DNA of 8,718 bases from Paraspadella gotoi. Taxonomy: Eukaryota > Animalia > Chaetognatha. Where the stretch lies: contig JBJCIZ010000213.1 in assembly GCA_051294375.1 (NCBI GenBank), positions 2,040 through 10,757 of the forward strand, read 5' to 3'. Under the pieces are notes generated by a model, which did not search any database, was not told where the DNA came from, and was given only the letters and a program-made list of their open reading frames with translations. The position numbers were made by a program, and so were the translations under genes. Shown here one piece after another: positions 1 to 8,012 of this stretch (positions within the stretch are counted from its first letter, which is position 1; each line of letters starts with the position of its first letter).

Positions 1-60
1 CAAATTGCGAAATACATCGCTAACGGAGTCAGACGCGTCGACGGGAACTCGACAGGATCG

Positions 61-1137
61 ATGAGCGATTCCGACCTCCGATCCCGCCTCCGCTCCGCCC
101 ACCGCAACGTGGAAGAGACTCGCGATATCGCCACGAGTCTACAAGTACCCGGAGGTTTTGGGAGAGGAATCAGATCGCGCTCGACATCCCCAGCTTTCGC
201 CGACGCCGCCCCTCACTTCAATTTCCTTCAAATCAGTGGAGAAAATTTCATCGACGCCGACATAGCGACAGGTGGCACCCTCGCACGCGACATAAACGAC
301 GAAAACGCGGAATTACGCGCCGCCCTCGCCGCCGCCACGCGCGCCCTCGAACACGCCTCCAGTCGAAAACCGGATTTACCGGATTTCGATCCAACGAACA
401 TAGAGATATGGATCAAAAGAGTGGAGGCGGCATACACTCGCGCTGGCATCGTCGCTCCAAAATCGAAATTCGCTTACTTGGAGTCCAAAATTGGAGTAAA
501 AGTAGATCCCAAGATAAACCAGTTCTTGTACGGGGAAACAACGGAAGCAGCTTGGCTACTCTTTATCGAATACTTACGCAAGGAATATGGAGTAACTAGG
601 CGGCAACAAGCCGCCACGCTTCTCGATCCACTCGACTCAGACGGGACGAAACCCTCCAAGCTCTTAGCACAATTGGAAGAGAAAACGAGGACTCTAACCA
701 TCGACGACCTCCGTAAGGAAAAAATATTGCGCGAACTGCCTTTAGAAATACGTCGTCAACTGGAAGATCGAGCCGACGAGCTGTCGGCGAGCGAATTGTG
801 TGAGATGGCGGATCGTCACTTTGACAACGAAGGAAATCTTAAAATCCGCCAACAGTCGACCATTATCAGCCACGTCGACCGTAACCAACGAGAATACCAA
901 GATTCTGAAACGGAAGAAGAAGAAAACGTCAACGCAATTGGCGCAAAAGGAAAACGCGTTTTCAACGGGAAAAAGCGTCAAGGCCACGCCCCGAAAGGGA
1001 AGACGAAACCAAAACTTGTTACACTTTGCCAGAAACACGTCAAGTTCGGTGACGAAGCTTGGTCGTGTGAACAAGGTTGTGCCAAGTATGATGCCACACA
1101 GAAAAAGGAAAACGCCAGGGGGGGACGACGTCGGTGA
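61..1137 (+). CDS. gag: Gag protein, 358 aa; the frame is also open upstream to base 1
   Basis: LPDFDPTNIEIWIKRVEAAY...KFAYL resembles the N-terminal 'LPPFW...WF..VEAQF' block of invertebrate Gypsy gags. Also present are KPSKLL, LPLEIR and LCEMADR blocks and a C-terminal CQKHVKFGDEAWSCEQGC (Cx2Hx9Cx3C) after a basic tract. It lies directly upstream of pol. Confidence 0.9.
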   Translation: MSDSDLRSRLRSAHRNVEETRDIATSLQVPGGFGRGIRSRSTSPAFADAAPHFNFLQISGENFIDADIATGGTLARDINDENAELRAALAAATRALEHASSRKPDLPDFDPTNIEIWIKRVEAAYTRAGIVAPKSKFAYLESKIGVKVDPKINQFLYGETTEAAWLLFIEYLRKEYGVTRRQQAATLLDPLDSDGTKPSKLLAQLEEKTRTLTIDDLRKEKILRELPLEIRRQLEDRADELSASELCEMADRHFDNEGNLKIRQQSTIISHVDRNQREYQDSETEEEENVNAIGAKGKRVFNGKKRQGHAPKGKTKPKLVTLCQKHVKFGDEAWSCEQGCAKYDATQKKENARGGRRR

Positions 1138-1168
1138 ATGCCGTCCCCCAAGCGTCGAATAACTCACC
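1107..1168 (+). promoter_or_regulatory. Putative -1 programmed ribosomal frameshift signal
   Basis: Heptamer G_GAA_AAC (1107-1113) is in gag phase. It is followed by a 6-nt spacer and an 8-bp stem GGGGGACG (1120-1127)/CGTCCCCC (1142-1149). Loop GGTGA (1133-1137) is complementary to TCACC (1164-1168). Confidence 0.75.
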
Positions 1169-1220
1169 AACATCGAATAATCTGCTACACATTCGCGACG
1201 CCAGAGATAAAACAAAGTGG
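1107..1220 (+). CDS. pol: Start of pol in the -1 frame, leading into the aspartic protease (active site falls in the gap)
   Basis: The -1 frame is open from the slippery site and reads GKRQGGTTSVNAVPQASNNSPTSNNLLHIRDARDKTKW. LLHIRD...KW resembles the strand that precedes the LVDTGA catalytic motif in related elements. The motif itself is not visible. Confidence 0.75.
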
Positions 1221-1636
1221 NNNNNNNNNNNNNNNNNNNNNNNNNNNNNNNNNNNNNNNNNNNNNNNNNNNNNNNNNNNNNNNNNNNNNNNNNNNNNNNN
1301 NNNNNNNNNNNNNNNNNNNNNNNNNNNNNNNNNNNNNNNNNNNNNNNNNNNNNNNNNNNNNNNNNNNNNNNNNNNNNNNNNNNNNNNNNNNNNNNNNNNN
1401 NNNNNNNNNNNNNNNNNNNNNNNNNNNNNNNNNNNNNNNNNNNNNNNNNNNNNNNNNNNNNNNNNNNNNNNNNNNNNNNNNNNNNNNNNNNNNNNNNNNN
1501 NNNNNNNNNNNNNNNNNNNNNNNNNNNNNNNNNNNNNNNNNNNNNNNNNNNNNNNNNNNNNNNNNNNNNNNNNNNNNNNNNNNNNNNNNNNNNNNNNNNN
1601 NNNNNNNNNNNNNNNNNNNNNNNNNNNNNNNNNNNN
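1221..1636. other. Sequence gap (416 N) covering the protease core
   Basis: Run of N. Confidence 1.
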
Positions 1637-2756
1637 CATGTTAATTTTGTCGACAGACAGGGTGAGAAGTTTTATAAACTTCTGGATTCTTTCCCGTCTT
1701 TGTCGACGCCTACCTTCGAAGTAAAAGAACCCAAACACGGCGTTACCCACTCAATCCCCACAGAAGGAAGACCCTGCCAATCTCGCGCCAGACGCCTCGA
1801 TCCGGAGAAACTTGCAGTGGCGAAACGTGAACTGGAGAAGATGGTGTCATTGGGGATTGCAAAACGTGGCAAGTCGGAGTGGTCGTCGCCCCTCCATGTG
1901 GTTGAGAAACCAGATGGAGGTTGGCGTTGTTGTGGAGACTATAGGCGTCTCAACGCCCAAACCATAGACGACCGATATCCAGTAAAACTCCTCACCGACT
2001 TTAATTCACAACTAGAGGGAAAGACAATCTTTTCGAAGATTGATCTTTTAAAAGGATATCATCAGATTCCTGTGAATCCGGAGGACGTCAAAAAGACGGC
2101 CGTGATCACTCCATTCGGCCTTTATGTATTTCCCCGATGTCCGTTCGGCCTTAAAAACGCCGGACAGGATTTTCAGAGGCTGATGGATGAAATCCTGGGC
2201 GAGATACCTCATACGTTCGTCTATCTAGACGACATTCTTGTCGCGTCAACATCACCGGAAGAACACTATCAGGATCTCGAGAGAGTCTTTAAGGCTCTAG
2301 ACGCGAATGGTTTGGTAGTCAATACCAAAAAGTGTAACTTGGGACAAGAATCACTTGAATTTCTGGGTTTTCTTGTAGATAAGAACGGAGTCAGGCCACT
2401 GCCCAAGCGAGTCCAAACACTACAGGAGACAACCCGGCCCACGACTATCAAGGAGTTGCAACGGTTTTTGGGCATGATAAATTATTATCGACGCTTCATT
2501 CCGAAGGTCGCCCACCGTTGCGCTCCGCTGTACGAGGCCCTAAGTGGAAAACCCAAGAACTTGGACTGGACGGATGAATGTGAGCGAGCCTTTGAGGCGA
2601 TCAAGGAAGGCCTCATTCAAGCCGCCTTGTTACATCATCCCAGAACCGGCGCCCAACTCTGCGTCACCACAGACGCCTCGGATCAGGCAGTTGGGGCCGT
2701 CCTCGAACAACGCGGTCCCAAAGGGTGGGAACCGCTAGCCTTTTTTTCCACCAAGC
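1637..2756 (+). CDS. pol: Pol: reverse transcriptase, connection and start of RNase H
   Basis: Motifs are SEWSSPLHVVEK, WRCCGDYRRLN, FSKIDLLKGYHQIP, KTAVITPFGLY, PFGLKNA, YLDD (2222-2233), FLGF, LQRFLGMINYYRRFIP and RNase H TTDAS (Asp at 2672) through PLAFFS. There are no stops. Confidence 0.97.
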
Positions 2757-3047
2757 NNNNNNNNNNNNNNNNNNNNNNNNNNNNNNNNNNNNNNNNNNNN
2801 NNNNNNNNNNNNNNNNNNNNNNNNNNNNNNNNNNNNNNNNNNNNNNNNNNNNNNNNNNNNNNNNNNNNNNNNNNNNNNNNNNNNNNNNNNNNNNNNNNNN
2901 NNNNNNNNNNNNNNNNNNNNNNNNNNNNNNNNNNNNNNNNNNNNNNNNNNNNNNNNNNNNNNNNNNNNNNNNNNNNNNNNNNNNNNNNNNNNNNNNNNNN
3001 NNNNNNNNNNNNNNNNNNNNNNNNNNNNNNNNNNNNNNNNNNNNNNN
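2757..3047. other. Sequence gap (291 N) covering the RNase H core
   Basis: Run of N. Confidence 1.
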
Positions 3048-3049
3048 CC

Positions 3050-4573
3050 GCCATAAAGAAAAAAGCGGAGCCTCAAACCATGCGTCAGTCTTATCAACTT
3101 TCAGTTATCGCTGAATTTACAACCGACGTCAGATATTTGAAAGGAAAAGCGAACGTGGTCGCTGACACGTTATCGCGACCAAACGCCAACTCCACAACGC
3201 CCATATCGACGTCAACAGCACCGATAACAACGCCAGCGTCAACACCGGCGTCATCAGCGTCACCAACAGCGTCATCGGTAGCGTTAGCAACATCGACGAC
3301 GAAATCGTCGCTCTCGACGTCGTCACCTGCGTCATCAGAGCCGACAACAACGACAGCGTCGACGTCGAAATCGTCGCCGACGCCATCGTCGTCGTCGTCA
3401 ACCTTATCGTCATCATTGTCGTCGTCAATGCCAGAAACGATTAGCTCCGCGATTTCTCCACCATCATCGTCATCAGCGTCAACAAGCAACACGCCCTCGA
3501 CGTCTCAAAGTAAAAAAACGATTAAAACGAGTCAATTAGAAGACGCCCAAGCTGTTATCGCATCGTTAACGACTTTCGAAATAGATTTCGAACAGATGGC
3601 TCGGGAGCAAACGCTTGACCCGGATTATAAAAAAATAGCCGAAGACGCACGCTCGGGACTGACGTTTAGAAAAATAAGAGTAGGGAATCAGGACCTTCTC
3701 GTGGATATTTCTAATGGACCCGCGAGGCCCTTCATCCCGGCGTCATGGAGACGAAAAGTTTTCGAGGTGATACATGGATTAGGCCATCCCGGCGTCGAGG
3801 CGACACGCAAAGCAGTGGCCTCCAAATTCGTCTGGAATAGTATGCGCCAGGATGTCAGTAAATGGACAAGGGACTGCATAGACTGCCAACGAGCTAAAAT
3901 AACTCGTCATATAATCCCTGAGATCGGAGAATTCAAAGTTCCACCACGAAGATTCCAGCATTTGAACTTGGATCTGGTGAAAATGCCCAAATCAAATGGC
4001 TTTTCGCACCTCTTAACGATAGTAGACCGTTTCTCAAGATGGCCGTCAGCTATCCCCATTAAAGATACGCTTACCACGACCATACTCGATGCGTTAAGCC
4101 ATGGCTGGATAAGTATTTTTGGGACACCAACGGTTATTACAACCGATAGAGGAACACAATTCGGCTCAGCATTATGGAAACAATTAACAAAGCAATGGGG
4201 CATAAAACACCAGACCACAACAGCATATCATCCACAGGCGAACGGTCTGGTAGAACGTTTTCATAGGAGATTAAAAGAATCTCTCATCGCCCTCGCTAGA
4301 GAAAACCGAGAAAACTGGTATTGGCAGCTCCCGATGACATTATTAGCCATCCGTACGACCGTGAAGGAGGACATTGGTGCTTCAGCAGCAGACCTAGTCT
4401 TCGGGGAAGGCGTCAGCGTCCCCGGATGCATCATCGATAATCTCCAGAACGACGACGCCGCCTTACAACAACGTCGACGAATCCAATTATCGAAACTTCG
4501 AGTCGAAGTCGCGAGGCTTCAACCTACCCCAACGTCAGCTCATCATCAACCAACAGTTCATGTGCCAAACAAT
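3050..4573 (+). CDS. pol: Pol: end of RNase H, Ser/Thr-rich linker and integrase
   Basis: RNase H ends with YLKGKANVVADTLSR. The integrase zinc finger is HGLGHPG...CIDC (3773-3886). Catalytic residues are D at 3971 (LNLD), D at 4145 (TTDRG) and E at 4253 (NGLVER), giving D35E spacing. There are no stops. Confidence 0.97.
3182..3511 (+). repeat. Low-complexity coding repeat (TCG/TCA/ACG/ACA/GCG-type triplets) encoding a Ser/Thr/Ala/Pro tract
   Basis: GCGTCA(T/A)CA-like units recur, and TCGACG(A/T)CGAAATCGTCGC occurs at 3293 and 3359, 66 bp apart. Confidence 0.85.
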
Positions 4574-4912
4574 NNNNNNNNNNNNNNNNNNNNNNNNNNN
4601 NNNNNNNNNNNNNNNNNNNNNNNNNNNNNNNNNNNNNNNNNNNNNNNNNNNNNNNNNNNNNNNNNNNNNNNNNNNNNNNNNNNNNNNNNNNNNNNNNNNN
4701 NNNNNNNNNNNNNNNNNNNNNNNNNNNNNNNNNNNNNNNNNNNNNNNNNNNNNNNNNNNNNNNNNNNNNNNNNNNNNNNNNNNNNNNNNNNNNNNNNNNN
4801 NNNNNNNNNNNNNNNNNNNNNNNNNNNNNNNNNNNNNNNNNNNNNNNNNNNNNNNNNNNNNNNNNNNNNNNNNNNNNNNNNNNNNNNNNNNNNNNNNNNN
4901 NNNNNNNNNNNN
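4574..4912. other. Sequence gap (339 N) covering the integrase C-terminal region
   Basis: Run of N. Confidence 1.
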
Positions 4913-4929
4913 CTCCTCCTCCTCCTCCT
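4913..4929 (+). repeat. (CCT)n microsatellite abutting a gap
   Basis: ctcctcctcctcctcct lies immediately after the N run. Confidence 0.8.
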
Positions 4930-5183
4930 TCCCCGCTCCCTCCACAACACCTCCACTGTCTCTCCAACCTCCAACCATCTCCAATACGTTTTTTGTCGCC
5001 GCCTTCCAACTCTCCCGAGCCTCCACGCAAGACGAGTCTCGAAACGAATCAAGGCGAGAAAAACAACAACAACAACAACAACCGAGTGAAAAAGAATGAG
5101 CCAACGATCGAGAGATTTTCAAAGCCGACCGACGACAACTTTTCAAAAAGATGTCCAACAAACAATCGTCAAGCTTATTCGGT
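4915..5183 (+). CDS. Probable Pro/Asn-rich C-terminal tail of pol (partial, between gaps)
   Basis: Only one plus frame is open across the whole segment: PPPPPSPLPPQHLHCLSNLQPSPIRFLSPPSNSPEPPRKTSLETNQGEKNNNNNNNRVKK...QAYS. The other two plus frames stop at 5089 and 5099. Base composition matches the element. Confidence 0.45.
5062..5082 (+). repeat. (AAC)7 microsatellite
   Basis: Seven perfect AAC copies. Confidence 0.9.
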
Positions 5184-5498
5184 NNNNNNNNNNNNNNNNN
5201 NNNNNNNNNNNNNNNNNNNNNNNNNNNNNNNNNNNNNNNNNNNNNNNNNNNNNNNNNNNNNNNNNNNNNNNNNNNNNNNNNNNNNNNNNNNNNNNNNNNN
5301 NNNNNNNNNNNNNNNNNNNNNNNNNNNNNNNNNNNNNNNNNNNNNNNNNNNNNNNNNNNNNNNNNNNNNNNNNNNNNNNNNNNNNNNNNNNNNNNNNNNN
5401 NNNNNNNNNNNNNNNNNNNNNNNNNNNNNNNNNNNNNNNNNNNNNNNNNNNNNNNNNNNNNNNNNNNNNNNNNNNNNNNNNNNNNNNNNNNNNNNNNN
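5184..5498. other. Sequence gap (315 N) at the element/host boundary
   Basis: Run of N. Confidence 1.
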
Positions 5499-5852
5499 TA
5501 TGTTATTATCTTGTAAATATGATAAAGGCTTTAAACTATTAAAGCCTGTCCAAAGTTAAGGACAAAATAGTTTATTTATTAAATAAATGGATAAGTTTTA
5601 TTATAGTTGTATCAATTTTATAAAAAAAATAAAAAAATTGTAAGATTATATTTTAATTCTTTGTGCAGTAGAGTGGAGCATTTAAAAATAAAAAAAATTA
5701 TTTGGGTGATCAAGTAAAGATATTTAGATGTAATATAGTATGATTAACTATTATAAAAAATATTTTGTTTATATAGTTTCGGGAATAGAATAATAAAATT
5801 TAATATATTTGTGCGGCCATCTGAAGCAATTAAATCATAATTAGAGATAATT

Positions 5853-5929
5853 GCCCCCAACCGGGATTCGAACCTTCGAACTCAGGACTGGCGAGCTTTG
5901 AGTCTCAACTCTCAGCCAACCAGTCGGCC
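5853..5929 (-). pseudogene. tRNA-like remnant (tRNA-derived SINE head or tRNA pseudogene)
   Basis: The minus strand reads GGCCGACTGGTTGGCTGAGAGTTGAGACTCAAAGCTCGCCAGTCCTGAGTTCGAAGGTTCGAATCCCGGTTGGGGGC. It has a perfect B-box GGTTCGAATCC (plus 5864-5874) in a GC-rich patch. The acceptor and T stems do not pair fully. Confidence 0.5.
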
Positions 5930-7139
5930 TGATTTTCTCCCAAGCTAATTCGATTCAAATAGCTTTAGAAATCTGATTTTGATGCTCATTTGTTTTAAAC
6001 AAAACCAAGATTAATCATTCAAAACTGTAGATGGATTGGCGCCATTTCAAATGATTTACCAACTGATTGTTTTCTTTAAAACTGATTCTGATTGATTTCA
6101 TTTGCTTGGTTTTTAACTCATGAATAAATGTTCTTATTGAAACATTGCAAACTCGTTTTTAATTCCACTTCTCAATGTAATCAAATACATTAATTAATGA
6201 GAAATGAATTCTACATTATAATTCATCGAATCAAAATAATGTCAACAAGAAGTTAAACAATTATCTCTAAATCATGTGATAAGTTTTCCCTGCTCTGCTG
6301 CGCCCTCCGTGACTGAAGTCGTCGTGCTACGCGATTAGGAACTTGTCACACAGTTGTCGTGTCACTTGTCACGCTGTCACGCGACCCATGACCCCGCCAC
6401 ACTTGTAATAATATTTTTATAAAACAATTTTTTTAAAACTTTTAATAAAAATTTTATTTTTTTATAATAAGTTAAATCAAAAAAAATTTGTTATCTTTAA
6501 TATTTGGGGGGGAATTAAAAAATTAAGATTTTTTATTCTTTGTAATAAATTTTTTGTGGTTTAAATATTAAAATATCATATAACATTTTTAAAATTTTTT
6601 TTTGTTTTTATAGAAAATTTAAATTAGAGCCAAACTTTATCAATAGGGTAAGTCTTTAGTTTGATTTGAGAACTTTCCCCAAAAAAACTTCATATATTTC
6701 TGAAAAAACTTTCATTAGACCAAATTTTTTTAAATAGTTAAAAGCATTAATAATTCTTTTTTTAATATTTATTTATCGCTTTATGAACGGTTGCGTGGAT
6801 TTTAGTCCACCATATAGCTAACTTAATGAAAAAATTTTTGATTATTGACTTATATTTGTTCTTTTATCCAACTTTTTATAAGGAATTCGAATCTGCTTTT
6901 CAAAACTAAGAAAAACTATTTTAAAAGTTTTGACTTTATGCGCTTTTTTATTGGAAGCCAAAATTACGATATTAAATAGGTATAATTTGTGCTAATGCAA
7001 AACTCTTTTAGAAATTGAAATTAAAATTTATTTTTACATATCAAGAAATAAATAAAAAGTATTTTTTTAGATATTATAAGTATCAAACGTTTTCATGGTC
7101 AACCTATTGAATTTTGATCTGCAACTTCTCACTACGCCT

Positions 7140-7542
7140 TTACTGAGTAGCGTCCATTGTCCGCGGTCCGGGATTGGCAGAGTGGGCGGCCGAGCTGGCA
7201 TCTCGGAGGCGCCTTGGGACCGGTCGGGGCGCCATCCCCGTCATCGACGGAAAGGTTTGATTCGGTCGACCGAAGATGAATCGATGGCGGCGCCGCGAAC
7301 GTTTGATGAGACCAGCGTGGCGTGTCCCATCGACCGGGTCAGGTAGGGACATCCATCTCACCAGCGCAGGGCTTGAAGCAGCGCGTCGGGATCTGGGGTC
7401 GTTGAGAAACGAAATCCCGGATCCTTCCGAAACTGAGGATATTATTGATCCGCCAGTTGGGACCACAAGCCCGGATTGAACCAGAGATCGGTGGCGTTTG
7501 TCCAAAAGTCCTCCGGGAGCTTGTCGGAGACGGCCGAAAGTT
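7140..7542 (-). CDS. Putative terminal exon of an unidentified host gene
   Basis: This is a GC-rich block in AT-rich DNA. It has a strong minus-strand acceptor, tctactttctctctcatccag|AAC, at 7543. One frame is open from the acceptor to TAA at 7140 (TFGRLRQAPGGLLDKRHRS...MDATQ*). I recognise no domain. Confidence 0.35.
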
Positions 7543-7566
7543 CTGGATGAGAGAGAAAGTAGATAT

Positions 7567-7790
7567 TAATAATCCTGCTTTGAGGACAAGATTAGTTTAC
7601 TTATAATGACTGATTTAAGAATGGAAAAGCACTCATTAAGATCAATCAGGAGAATAATAATCTTTTTTTGAGGACATAATTAGTTTACTTTATTAAAAAA
7701 ACTGATTTAAAAAGGGAACTGATTAAAAAATGGAAGATTGCAGTAGAGACAATAATAAATCCTTTTTGAGACTTAGTTTACTTTATAAAA
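7567..7790. repeat. Degenerate tandem repeat, about 2.5 copies of ~90 bp
   Basis: The core TAATAA(A)TC..TTTGAG(G)AC...TTAGTTTACTT recurs, with TTAGTTTACTT at 7592, 7680 and 7773. ACTGATTTAA follows in the first two copies. Confidence 0.8.
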
Positions 7791-7852
7791 AAAAAAAATC
7801 CACGAAATAGGATAACTACATAAAAATGATTTGGATTAATTTTACAACGTAC

Positions 7853-8012
7853 TTGGTAAGACTTACTAAAAACTAAAAGAAATACAGCATGGGCTGGCGG
7901 TCATCCTGGATTATAGCAAGGAAGACGACTATTGCAAATGAGAAATGCCGAGGCAGACGCCATTGTTGGACGCGGACGGTCCAGGTTTGAAGAACTAAGC
8001 TTGAGAATAAAC
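7853..8012 (-). other. Putative internal exon
   Basis: This GC-richer block has acceptor aaaaatttag|G at 8013 and candidate donors GTAAGT (7866) or GTACGT (7852). All frames contain stops before those donors. Confidence 0.3.

Larger units (their letters stand above)
1..5183 (+). mobile_element. Ty3/Gypsy LTR retrotransposon internal region, CsRn1-like lineage; LTRs not visible
   Basis: Gag is followed by pol with RT (YLDD), RNase H and then integrase (HHCC, D,D35E), which is the Gypsy domain order. Gag has a CHCC knuckle. Composition shifts sharply to AT-rich after the last gap. Ends are undefined because the 5' end is outside the window and the 3' end is in or near the gap at 5184-5498. Confidence 0.93.

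Noticed and set aside
3094-3492. Minus-strand Asp/Val/Ala-rich ORF (132 aa) and the overlapping 99-aa ORF
   Set aside because: These are antisense shadows of the TCG/TCA/ACG low-complexity tract in pol. There is no independent evidence of coding.
228-4218. Short antisense and alternate-frame ORFs overlapping gag/pol
   Set aside because: They have no recognisable motifs and are expected by chance opposite a long coding region.
1217-5089. 1290-aa ORF as an exact single CDS, and the apparent frame change across the first gap
   Set aside because: The start, stop and frame continuity depend on N runs of uncertain length. The pre-gap pol is in a different frame from the post-gap pol, which is most simply a gap-size artefact.
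1040-5559. Multiple X-filled ORFs spanning N runs
   Set aside because: They are artefacts of translating through gaps.
5499-5850. 3' LTR and polypurine tract
   Set aside because: No 5' LTR is in the window for comparison, and no PPT-TG junction is visible, so it cannot be called.
5853-5929. Functional tRNA-Leu(CAA) or tRNA-Sec gene
   Set aside because: There is no acceptor-stem pairing, the T-stem has only 2 bp and the anticodon arm is irregular.
7095-7479. Plus-strand ORFs of 83 and 67 aa
   Set aside because: The nearby plus-strand acceptor at 7070 is followed by stops in all three frames, the splice signals are stronger on the minus strand, and I recognise no homology.
7567-7790. CRISPR-like repeat-spacer array
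   Set aside because: The units are degenerate along their whole length, the context is eukaryotic and there are no cas genes.
7856-7887. 32-nt plus-strand mini-intron (GTAAGA...TACAG) containing the palindrome GTAAG-A-CTTAC
   Set aside because: There is no credible upstream plus-strand exon, and the pattern is short enough to arise by chance.
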